Of a DNA stretch of 64,000 bases, positions 29,572-38,188 are shown piece after piece. The notes below the pieces were generated by a model, which was not told the DNA's origin, searched no databases, and saw only the letters and a list, made by a program, of their open reading frames with translations. Positions within the stretch are counted from its first letter, which is position 1; each line of letters starts with the position of its first letter. Origin of the DNA: a virus. Its lineage: Duplodnaviria > Caudoviricetes. The position numbers were made by a program, and so were the translations under genes. The stretch is taken from the IMG/VR virus record IMGVR_UViG_3300035429_000172, positions 2,905-66,904 of that record. The stretch is one strand, 5' to 3'.

Positions 29572-30076
29572 GAACTAAGATAGCTTTATAGGGGGGATAA
29601 AATGCGGTTGAAAAATTAATCGACCGTTTTTGCGACCGTTTTTAGTTAGAATAAAAATTAAACGCCCTAGCTTTTACGAACTGGGGCGTACTTTATTGAA
29701 TAGAAAGAGTTTAATTATATGCTATCTAATTTTAATGTTGCATTTGGATTTGTTAGAAACTATGGACGTATTTTATTTAAACAGGCTGGTATTTACTATG
29801 ATGGTACTAATGTAGTTGTCAGAATGCTCAATAATGGCAGTTTAGTAGTGGTGTCAAAAAATGTCGTCCCAACACAACTATCCTATAAATGTCGTAACTT
29901 ACTTGATATGTCAATGGACAAAGGGGAGAGTTAATTGTGACTACAAAAGAATTTGAGCAAGAAATAAAGACAGGCCTAAATAAATTGAGTGAACAGGATA
30001 TTAAACGTATAAGGGATGAGTTCAATTCTGAGCCAGATTATTCTATTCCTAGTCAAAGCCCAAAAAATAATCGTCT

Positions 30077-30230
30077 CAAAAATGATAGGGGGGTATATTT
30101 TTCATTTGAAAATTCGAAAATTTAGAGTCTTCAAAAATGACAGGGGGATAAAATTTTTATTTCAAAACTCGAAAAAATTAGACCTTCAAAAATTAATGGG
30201 GGGTATATTTTTCATTTCAAAAATTGTTTT
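30077..30230. repeat. Three degenerate 55-bp tandem repeats
   Basis: Units start CAAAAAT at 30077, 30132, 30187, each with a G5-6 run then ATATTTTTCATTT-like sequence. Confidence 0.8.
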
Positions 30231-30254
30231 TTCAGTAAAGTAGGAGACTTAGTA

Positions 30255-30931
30255 ATGCCAGATTTCAATATATTTCATATGAAAAATGATCCAATAAATT
30301 TGGACTCAGATCAAGTTTGCGAAATAAGACGAATATACGATAGTAGAAGAACAAAGAGTAAATATTGGTGTCCCTTTTGTGATTTTCACATAGGAAATGA
30401 TGAAACAACTAAAATTGCTGAATTAGAAATACCAACAAAGGTTAAAGAAGCGAATCTATATCATGGCTACATCTTTTCATCATTAGATATGGAAAATTTG
30501 TGGGATTATCCTACTAATTGGTTAAGTGAAATTAGAATGCTGGTTAAAGCTAATAATTGCTATGGTTTATATAGAGAAATTACAGATTCTCACAGGATAA
30601 GCAGCGCTTATATATCAATAGTAAAGAGATGTCCTAAATGTAATAGGAGGTTAACAGATTGGGAAAAAGACCTGTTATATATAAAAAGCACCCCATGAAG
30701 GGATGCTATAAGATGAACAAACATGATAGATGGAAAGCTGAAATGCTGTTAAACAGTGATTGGATGAAACGATTTACACATATCACTAATGCAATGATTT
30801 ATGATGAAGCCACAAGAATTAGTGGCATCGACTGGTTTACTGATAAAAACTATAGCTCGCATAAATACACAGAAGTAAAACTACAAGCAGCTCATAATCT
30901 AAGAAAGAAGTACATTAAATATGCAAGATAA
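30255..30931 (+). CDS. Zinc-binding hypothetical (30255-30698) and hypothetical ORF ending 30931
   Basis: CPFC..CPKC; coupled ORFs. Confidence 0.6.
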
Positions 30932-31187
30932 AGATTTTTTATATCAATCAGTTCATAAAACTTGGGAACAATTGAAACTTCCTGCTGAACTTATGGATCA
31001 ATATTGATATCAACCACGTGTAGTTTGGCAGTCATACATTGCTGGCAACCGAAAAATGATGTTTTTCTTGGATGCATTTAAAGATCCGTGTCATGTGGGT
31101 AATTTCTACATTGAATGCACTTTTGTGGCACATGACTGCTCACTTTCGATTGATATTTATCAGCTACATTCTCACAACTCATACTGA
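30921..31187 (+). pseudogene. Hypothetical gene with in-frame TGA
   Basis: MQDKDFLYQSVHKTWEQLKLPAELMDQY, TGA 31005-31007, same frame stays open to TGA 31185-31187. Confidence 0.55.
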
Positions 31188-31595
31188 TCCAGAAAATAAG
31201 AGAATTTATTCCCAGAAAAAGCATGCTTTTTATATATACAGAAGAAAAATTTTTTCTGAAAAAAGCATGCTTTTTATATATGCTTATTTGGCTTTCATCC
31301 CGGAAAACTTTTTCTTTGAAAAGATCTTTCTTCTATATATCTAAATATCTAATTTGAACACATGTTCGCTTACTATTATATAGTCGTAATGTAATTAAAA
31401 GCTTCTATATAATGTAGAGAAAACATGCTAACAGCTCTAAAAAGGGCTATTTTTGCCCGCTAGCACCTTTTTTCTCCCTACACTTCTAATTGTATTCATG
31501 TTTTTAAAAATCTTAGTTGCTAGCTATCTACCTTATATAGATAAATCCTTATTTAGTAAGTGTTCAGACTATGCGAAAAAAGTTTATAAAAGGGG

Positions 31596-31624
31596 TTGAC
31601 TAATTTAAATCATAATATTATGAT
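31596..31624 (+). promoter_or_regulatory. Promoter/operator, cassette A
   Basis: TTGACT-N17-TATGAT overlapping perfect palindrome ATCATAATATTATGAT (31609-31624). Confidence 0.8.
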
Positions 31625-31716
31625 CATTGTGTAAGGTTGATTAAGGCAAAATAAAAAGCCTTAAAGGTAGAGCCCTCAAGACCTTACTAAATTTAATAGC
31701 AAAGGGCGCAAAAGCC

Positions 31717-31812
31717 ATGAGTATTACAGTAACTTTTGCGGATCCTAAAATAATTTTATTTATTGTAGCTGTTTGTGTTTGGCTATATGAACAGCACAAA
31801 AATAAAAAATAA
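31717..31812 (+). CDS. 31-aa hydrophobic peptide, type I toxin-like (cassette A)
   Basis: MSITVTFADPKIILFIVAVCVWLYEQHKNKK; not in the ORF track. Confidence 0.65.
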   Translation: MSITVTFADPKIILFIVAVCVWLYEQHKNKK

Positions 31813-31881
31813 GATTCGTAAAGGGTAAGCTTAAAGGCTTGCCCTTTGCTATAAGTATACCATATAAAAGGAGTTTGAAAA

Positions 31882-32124
31882 ATGGTATTAAGTGAAGAAG
31901 AAAAGAAAAGAAGACATAGAGAAGCACAAAGGCGCTATAATGCTAGACGCATAAAAAAGAGACTAGCAGGAGACAAAAAGGAATTAGAACAGTATGAAAG
32001 AGACAAAGCCAATTCAATGTATGGGAATGTTAAGAGTTATATAAGCGAACAGGCAACAAAAGCCCAATTATTAGAATTTAGGGACTTAATAGCAGAACGC
32101 CAGAAAAAACTTTCAAAAAAATAA
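31882..32124 (+). CDS. Small basic helical protein (cassette A)
   Basis: REAQRRYNARR..YISEQATKAQLLEFRDLIAER; paralog of 33933 and 34274. Confidence 0.75.
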   Translation: MVLSEEEKKRRHREAQRRYNARRIKKRLAGDKKELEQYERDKANSMYGNVKSYISEQATKAQLLEFRDLIAERQKKLSKK

Positions 32125-32134
32125 ATAAAAAGTA

Positions 32135-32163
32135 TTGACTATCATAATATTATGATATATTAT
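32135..32163 (+). promoter_or_regulatory. Promoter/operator, unit A2
   Basis: TTGACT-N17-TATTAT with palindrome TATCATAATATTATGATA (32140-32157). Confidence 0.8.
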
Positions 32164-32346
32164 AAATATGTAAGTTGAAGAGGGAACAAAAAAAGCCCAG
32201 TGCGGGAACACTGAGCAAACTCAAAAACTTATAAAGTGTCTAAACAATATAAATAGTAGGCTAGAAGCCTTTTAATTTGAGTAACTATATAATACCAAAT
32301 TAGAAGCTTCTAGTCTAGCAAAATTTAGATTAGGAGTGTTTTTATT

Positions 32347-33355
32347 ATGGTTAAAAATGAAGTAAAAGAATTTAATGTTTACGGTAATGTTTACGGTGTA
32401 AGCCTTTGGCGTTCTGGTATGGCTGCGATTTTTGATATGTTAGACGGCTTAGCAGGCAGTAAAGAAAATAGTGAATTACATGAATATAAACAAGCACTAA
32501 ACCAAGAAGGAACATACAGCCTAAAAATTAACGGTAAATTTAACCCGAACAGCGTTTCAAGTTCTGAACTATTTAATAATTTTGCTGATGATTTAAAAGC
32601 TAATATCTTAAATAGTGAGCTTGAACAAGTTGGATTTAGTAAAGAATGGTTAATAAGTCAACATAATAAATTAGTTGAAATAGCTATCAACTTAAACAAG
32701 AACAAAGTAGAAATTGAATATTAAGAGGTGTTGAAAATGAAGACTATAAAAAATGTTGCAGACGTTAAAAGTTTAGATATAATAGCAGCATTTAAACAAG
32801 CAAAAAAGGTTTATTACGATACAGTTGAAGAAGTTTGCGGGAGTATAACCGCCTATAACACCCCTAAACAATCTAACAAAATTGATGAAGCACTAAAAAA
32901 ATACGATAAAAAATTTTATATTAACAATCGTCAATTTTTAGAAATTTCCATCATTGATGCAAGTTTTGAAAAATATGGCGTCGGGGCGCTATTTATAGGC
33001 TTTAACGATGACACGGGCGAGAACTTCAACCACTATCCCTCGGCAAGCTTTGAGGTGTGTTATTCACTTAGTGAAGTTGCTTACTATTGGAATGATTTTT
33101 TAAAGCGATTGAATGAAAATACTTTTATTTACAGATAGAAGAAACAAAGTGAAAAAAATAAAATTTGTGTTTATTGAGTATGTGCCGGCTAGCAAGAAAC
33201 TAGAAGAATTTGAAGAAGTCGCAAGCTTTGCGCCTGAATTGATGGAAGTTGCACAGCGGACTTTTAAAAGTTATAAAAAGAGCTTAGAAAATAGCGAAAA
33301 TGATTGCTATTTAGGCATTCAATACCAAGACGGCGACAGCGAAAAAATTATGTAA
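32347..33355 (+). CDS. Three hypothetical proteins downstream of the A2 promoter (32347-32724, ORFs ending 33138 and 33355)
   Basis: ORFs with RBS; followed by a broken ORF remnant and a terminator at 33604-33635. Confidence 0.6.
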
Positions 33356-33644
33356 AGGAGTATTTAAAATGTTAGAAAGTGAAGTATTTACAACAGTAGC
33401 AGGATATAAAAAGCATTAGCTAATTTAGTTATTAAAGCAGCAAAGCAAAATAAAAAATAAGTTTGCTTGGTATATATCTATGTGATGCAAATAGCGGTGG
33501 ACTAGATGAAAACGAAATACAATTTTTTGAACGAATAGTGAAAGACGGCAAAAAGGACGGGCGTAAGTGGGTTCTAAGATATCCTAAGACAATATAAAAC
33601 AATAAAAAAGACGGCTAAAGTAGCCGTTTTTATTTATATTTTAC

Positions 33645-33673
33645 TTGATTTTATATCTTATAAGGTATATTAT
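33645..33673 (+). promoter_or_regulatory. Promoter/operator, cassette B
   Basis: TTGATT-N17-TATTAT with near-palindrome TATATCTTATAAGGTATA (33652-33669). Confidence 0.75.
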
Positions 33674-33778
33674 AATACTTGTGATGGGGATGGAATGGTA
33701 AACCTGAAACCTCACACGTGGCAAAGTAAAAGCCGTGGGCTTTTGCAGAACCCACGGCAACAATAGAAAGGGTAAGCA

Positions 33779-33871
33779 ATGACCATCACAATAACTATTG
33801 CTAGTCCCTACTTCTTAATTATTATTATAGCGGGAATAATTGCCGTTGTAAACAATAAGAAAAAGAAGTAA
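33779..33871 (+). CDS. 30-aa hydrophobic peptide, type I toxin-like (cassette B)
   Basis: MTITITIASPYFLIIIIAGIIAVVNNKKKK; homologous to the cassette A peptide. Confidence 0.7.
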   Translation: MTITITIASPYFLIIIIAGIIAVVNNKKKK

Positions 33872-33932
33872 AGAGCTATAACGTGGGTAAGTCGGAGGGC
33901 TTGCCCTTTCTATTTATATAAGGGGCTTTATT

Positions 33933-34133
33933 ATGAAAACAAGCAACGCACAACGAAAAGCAAATAAAAAATATAAGGATAACCACCCAGACAAACAACG
34001 CACTTACGTCGCAAGGTCAACCGCTAAGCGTTTTGTAAAAGAACTTGCAACACTTAAAGACTTAGACGAACTAACGGCGCTTATACAAGCTAAACGCCAA
34101 GAACTAAGAGAAGGCGAGAACGATGAAAAATAA
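33933..34133 (+). CDS. Small basic helical protein B1
   Basis: SNAQRKANKKY..RSTAKRFVKELATLKDLDELTALI. Confidence 0.8.
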   Translation: MKTSNAQRKANKKYKDNHPDKQRTYVARSTAKRFVKELATLKDLDELTALIQAKRQELREGENDEK

Positions 34134-34305
34134 GGCAATTCAAAATGGTATCACTTTAATTGTTTTATTAAGCTTTTTAATTGGCGCAATAAAAGAAAGA
34201 AGTATACTATTAGCAACAATCTTTTTTATAGGTATAATCATTTTTATAATTGTTAAGTTAAGAGGTGGGAACGATGGCAACGGAAGCACAAAAAAAGGCT
34301 CGTGA
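34123..34305 (+). CDS. Small two-TM membrane protein
   Basis: Two hydrophobic segments; overlaps neighbouring genes. Confidence 0.6.
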   Translation: MKNKAIQNGITLIVLLSFLIGAIKERSILLATIFFIGIIIFIIVKLRGGNDGNGSTKKGS

Positions 34306-34459
34306 TAAGTGGAAGGCTAAGAATAAAGAAAAGAACGCGCTTATTAATAAGCGATCGACGGCAAGAAGTTTTATAAGAAGGTTCGCTAGCTTGGAAGACT
34401 TGGAAGAGTTAAAAGGGCTAATAAAGGAACGCGAAACCGAGCTAAAAAGCGAAAAATAA
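34274..34459 (+). CDS. Small basic helical protein B2
   Basis: TEAQKKARDKW..RSTARSFIRRFASLEDLEELKGLIKER. Confidence 0.8.
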   Translation: MATEAQKKARDKWKAKNKEKNALINKRSTARSFIRRFASLEDLEELKGLIKERETELKSEK

Positions 34460-34472
34460 TTTATTAATTCTC

Positions 34473-34501
34473 TTGACTCTATACCCTATAGGGTATATTA
34501 T
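34473..34501 (+). promoter_or_regulatory. Promoter/operator, cassette C
   Basis: TTGACT-N17-TATTAT with perfect palindrome TATACCCTATAGGGTATA (34480-34497). Confidence 0.8.
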
Positions 34502-34578
34502 AATATATGTAAGGAGGTTGAAAGCCTTAACCGAGTAAACTTCCTTACGATTCCCGAATAGTGGGAGGTGGTCGGCAC

Positions 34579-34728
34579 TTGGCTTATAAGTCACGTAAAG
34601 ACTACCAGCGAAAAATAAGGGCACAAAAAAAGGCGAAAAGATGGAACTTAATAGAACATCTTAACACCTTAATAAACCTTATTATAGCGCTGGTTCAGCT
34701 CTGGTTACTTTACCACCAATACCACTAA
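34579..34728 (+). CDS. 49-aa basic/hydrophobic peptide (cassette C)
   Basis: GGGAGG RBS, TTG start, MAYKSRKDYQRKIRAQKKAKRWNLIEHLNTLINLIIALVQLWLLYHQYH. Confidence 0.55.
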   Translation: MAYKSRKDYQRKIRAQKKAKRWNLIEHLNTLINLIIALVQLWLLYHQYH

Positions 34729-34804
34729 GGGAAGTAACCACTAAGGGGCGAGCGTTAAGGGCTTGCCCTTTTGTGGTTTTATTATACCATGAAGGAGCTT
34801 TATT

Positions 34805-34966
34805 ATGAAAAAAAGAAAAAACATTATTAAGTTAATAGATTTTATTGTGCTTCTGATTGCTCTTTTTACTTTAGTTTTTTATGAATTTGATACATATAAA
34901 TTAATTTCTGGGCTGGTTGTTTTATCGTGTAGCATTTCATTATATATAGAAACATTTAAAAATTAA
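34805..34966 (+). CDS. 53-aa two-TM membrane protein (cassette C)
   Basis: AAGGAG RBS; MKKRKNIIKLIDFIVLLIALFTLVFYEFDTYKLISGLVVLSCSISLYIETFKN. Confidence 0.65.
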   Translation: MKKRKNIIKLIDFIVLLIALFTLVFYEFDTYKLISGLVVLSCSISLYIETFKN

Positions 34967-34980
34967 GATAAACGAATTTA

Positions 34981-35012
34981 AAGGCTATCTATTTATTTAG
35001 GTAGCCTTTTTT
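34981..35012 (+). terminator. Intrinsic terminator closing the cassette array
   Basis: AAGGCTATCTA/TAGGTAGCCTT plus T run. Confidence 0.8.
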
Positions 35013-35672
35013 ATTTGCTCATTTAATAACATATGTTTGCTTAGCTTCAATGGCTATTAAAGCTTATATCATTAAGCAACTATAAGACTAATAAGAGAGA
35101 TACACACGACAACACCAGCACCCAAAGCATAGACATCGAACAAGCTAAACTACTAAGACACTTAAGGCTTAACTATATAAGGAAGAAGGTAACGGCACGA
35201 GCTTATAGACCACAACCCAAACAACACCAGTAAGACTATGCACGCGAACAATTACAACTACAACACTATTACTATTTCTTATCATATTACTAAGAACACA
35301 AGTAAGAGAATAGAAAAAACATACCAGCAAGACGCAGGAGCACACAAGAGCACAACAAGGCTATATAAGGCAAGTAATACCACAATACTACAAACTCATA
35401 TATTAAGTGTGTCACGTGCGGAAAAAATGCGGAACCATTGGACGGCTTAAGGTGCTATATTGATAGCATACAGAACTAGAGTTCAGGACGCGCACGCGTG
35501 CGGCTGCTGGCTGTACCTTGTACCATCGCATACGATAGCACACCACACCAGCGACGCGACCACGTGAGACACTACACACGATAGACAAGCAAGACAACGA
35601 CAAGAATAACAATTATAAATTACTTTTGTTTTTTCTTTTTTTGTTTTATAAAAAAAGATTTTTCTTCTTTCT

Positions 35673-36065
35673 TTGTCGTTTGTTGCTACACTATCAGCAA
35701 TCCAACACAGCAAGAGAAGAGCAGACACAGTGAACCGATACAGATACGAGACAAACAACAATACTTTCTACCATTCGCAAGCGTGGAGAACGCTACGACG
35801 TCAAGCGCTCGAACGTGATAAACATCTTTGCCAAATCTGTTTGCAACACAACGAACTCACGTTTGCCGATACAGTACACCACATTAAGCCTATAAGGGAA
35901 AACGACTCGGAAAAATTGTGCCTTGAAAACCTTGTGACTGTTTGCCGTAAGTGCCACAACGAGCTACACCGTGAAAAGCCTATGACTTTAAAAAAGAAAA
36001 AAAGACGTTTAAACAACTATACCAATTTAGTGAAACGGTTCACAAACAACAAAGAAGTATGGTGA
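35673..36065 (+). CDS. HNH endonuclease (packaging-associated); start uncertain
   Basis: CQIC..VHHIKP..NLVTVCRKCHNELH directly upstream of terS. Confidence 0.9.
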   Translation: MSFVATLSAIQHSKRRADTVNRYRYETNNNTFYHSQAWRTLRRQALERDKHLCQICLQHNELTFADTVHHIKPIRENDSEKLCLENLVTVCRKCHNELHREKPMTLKKKKRRLNNYTNLVKRFTNNKEVW

Positions 36066-36081
36066 AAATTCACCAGATATA

Positions 36082-36156
36082 GCCCCCCTGGGGTGAAAAA
36101 TATTGCTGTGTTGACACCGGTGGAGCGGTGCAGGCCCCCACTTCACGATAAATTCG
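36082..36156. other. Putative cos region
   Basis: GC-rich island CCCCCC...ACCGGTGGAGCGGTGCAGGCCCCC between HNH and terS; exact ends not determinable. Confidence 0.5.
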
Positions 36157-36269
36157 CTTTATTTTTGAAAAAAAGTGGGTCGAAATAGGGTGTACCAATT
36201 CTATTTTATATAGATAATAAAACCGCGCGTATGCTAAAAATTAACGAAAGGAGGTAGACCAATTTAGCT

Positions 36270-36728
36270 ATGCCTAGAAATGCTCAAAGTGCTTATATAC
36301 AGTTGCTTAATGGCAATCCAAATAAGCGTACAAAAAAGCAATTAAAAAAGAGAATTAAGCAAGAAGAAAAGCTTCAAGTTTCAGCCGAAGATATGGATAT
36401 ACCAATTTCAGCTGATGCAGGGGTGAAAAAGGAGTATAACCGAATTTTAAAAGTGTTTAAGGATTCGGACCTTTTTAACGAAGCTGATGTCACAACTTTG
36501 GCTCGATATGCCGATTTATGGGGCGAATACGTTGCAGCTAATCGTCGATTGAAAAAGAACGGTAAGTACCACGATGGAAAGCTTGATCCTGATTTAGGTT
36601 TTAAATTAAAGTTATCTGCTGAACTAGACAAGTTAGCAAAAGAATTAGGTTTAACTCCCGCTGCGCGTGCATCCCTTGCAATAAGCAAGAAAGATGATGA
36701 GCCTGATAAGTCGGATGACGACTTTTAA
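36270..36728 (+). CDS. Terminase small subunit (P27 family)
   Basis: LLNGNPNKR, LARYADLW, ELGLTPAARA. Confidence 0.9.
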   Translation: MPRNAQSAYIQLLNGNPNKRTKKQLKKRIKQEEKLQVSAEDMDIPISADAGVKKEYNRILKVFKDSDLFNEADVTTLARYADLWGEYVAANRRLKKNGKYHDGKLDPDLGFKLKLSAELDKLAKELGLTPAARASLAISKKDDEPDKSDDDF

Positions 36729-36742
36729 AGGAGGTTTTATTT

Positions 36743-37201
36743 ACGACCGAAACAGAATCAATTTTAGATAAGAACCCATTAGATCTTGACTATCAAGGCG
36801 TGGTCGAATGGGTAAATAAATATAAAGAACGGGAGAGGTCTCTAGGTCACATCTTAGATAAACCTGCTCCCGCTTTATTAGCCACTTTTTATGCTCAAAT
36901 GGTTGCAGAAGGCTCTATTGTTTCTAATGAGTGGGTAAGAAGAGCTTGTGAGCGTCATTTAAAAGACCTAAAAAGATCAGAAGAAGATCCTGATTATCCG
37001 TGGGTTTTCGATGAAGAAAAAGCTTGGCGACCTATTCGGTTTATCGAAAAGAAGTGTCATCCTACTAAAGGTAATTTTAAGCATTTAGTTATGCAACCTT
37101 GGCAACATTTTATCGTTGGTAGCATGTTTGGTTGGGTTAACAGAGATACAGGAATGAGACGATTTCGTGAATCATTGATATTCGTTGGACGTAAAAACGG
37201 T
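36743..37201 (+). CDS. Terminase large subunit, exon 1 (start ACG 36743 or GTG 36800)
   Basis: VRRACERHLKDL, LVMQPWQHFIVG, ends at Walker A GRKNG. Confidence 0.85.
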
Positions 37202-38188
37202 AAACGTTTTGCCGTTTAAAAATCGAGCAAAATCGGTAAAAAACTTTAATTATGAATAGTTATTTTCTCTATAAACATACAAATCAAATTAATGGCAAAG
37301 TATACATTGGGATAACAAATGACATTTCACGGAGATGGCGTAATCAAGGCATAGAATATAAGCCCCATTCTTCAAACACATCCCGATTTTGGAATGCTAT
37401 ACAAAAATATGGATGGAATAATTTTAAACATGAGATTCTAATCAACAACTTAACTTCACAAGAAGCATGTAAGAAAGAAATAGAATATATAGCTAAGTAC
37501 GATTCGACTAATCGTTTAAAAGGATACAATATTGCAAGTGGTGGAAATGGAGGAAGAATCTGGAAAGAACATCCTCGTGGCATGCTTGGTAAACATCAGA
37601 CTAAGTTTGAAATAGAATCTCACAGATTGCTTTTGAGCGATCCGCACAAGAATCCAATGCTTAATGGTAAAACAGTATGGGGAAGAACTCATCCACATCC
37701 TCGTGGCATGCTTGGTAAGCACCAAACAGAACATCATAGGTTAGTCATGAGTAAACAAGTGGGAAATAAGAATCCAAATAGCAAAGGATTAAAAGTTATA
37801 TTTCCAAATAATACTATTAGGACATGGCCTACGATGAAAGCTTTTGTTGATGAATATGGTTTTTATAAAGTATATGAGTTAGTTAAAAGTGGAAAGCCAT
37901 ATAATGTTGATTTGAGAAAAATAAAAAAGAAAGATAGAGAAAAATGCTCTTATTTCATGGGATGTATTTTTAAACATCAATAAAGAAAATACCGAGGTAA
38001 CTTGTTAGATTGCGTAAGGCTAATAAGTACCGTAACGCATAGAGCTTGAATAAATATAATAGCTCCAAGAGTGTTCGACATTCTTAAGGAATGAAAATAT
38101 ATGCTAAACCAGAATGGAATTAACCATTCGATGAAAATGAGGGTGACCTCTGGAGTGTAAGATAAAAAGCTTACAGTTAAGAACAAAG
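37202..38188 (+). mobile_element. Group I self-splicing intron in terL
   Basis: P1 AAACGGU/GCCGUUU with U.G at the 5' splice site, P3 TCGAGCA/TGTTCGA, P7 GCATA/TATGC, terminal G38188; splicing restores GRKNG-KTELESGLADY in frame. Confidence 0.88.
37252..37983 (+). CDS. Intron-encoded GIY-YIG homing endonuclease
   Basis: FLYKHTNQINGKVYIGIT, E and GYN motifs, repeated HPRGMLGKHQT units. Confidence 0.9.
   Translation: MNSYFLYKHTNQINGKVYIGITNDISRRWRNQGIEYKPHSSNTSRFWNAIQKYGWNNFKHEILINNLTSQEACKKEIEYIAKYDSTNRLKGYNIASGGNGGRIWKEHPRGMLGKHQTKFEIESHRLLLSDPHKNPMLNGKTVWGRTHPHPRGMLGKHQTEHHRLVMSKQVGNKNPNSKGLKVIFPNNTIRTWPTMKAFVDEYGFYKVYELVKSGKPYNVDLRKIKKKDREKCSYFMGCIFKHQ

Noticed and set aside
30077-30230. 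CRISPR array
   Set aside because: Units are degenerate and contiguous with no unique spacers; no cas genes
31717-33871. Calling the peptides Fst-family toxins
   Set aside because: They lack the APxxxG motif and the flanking direct repeats; only general type I toxin character is supported
34640-34665. ATG-started peptide in cassette C with RBS-locking like A and B
   Set aside because: That ATG gives only MELNRTS; the AAGGGCA complement lies inside the TTG-started ORF, so RBS sequestration is not supported for C
35040-35670. ORFs 35238-35450, 35412-35612 and 35483-35761
   Set aside because: Products of strongly A/C-skewed low-complexity sequence; no RBS or motif
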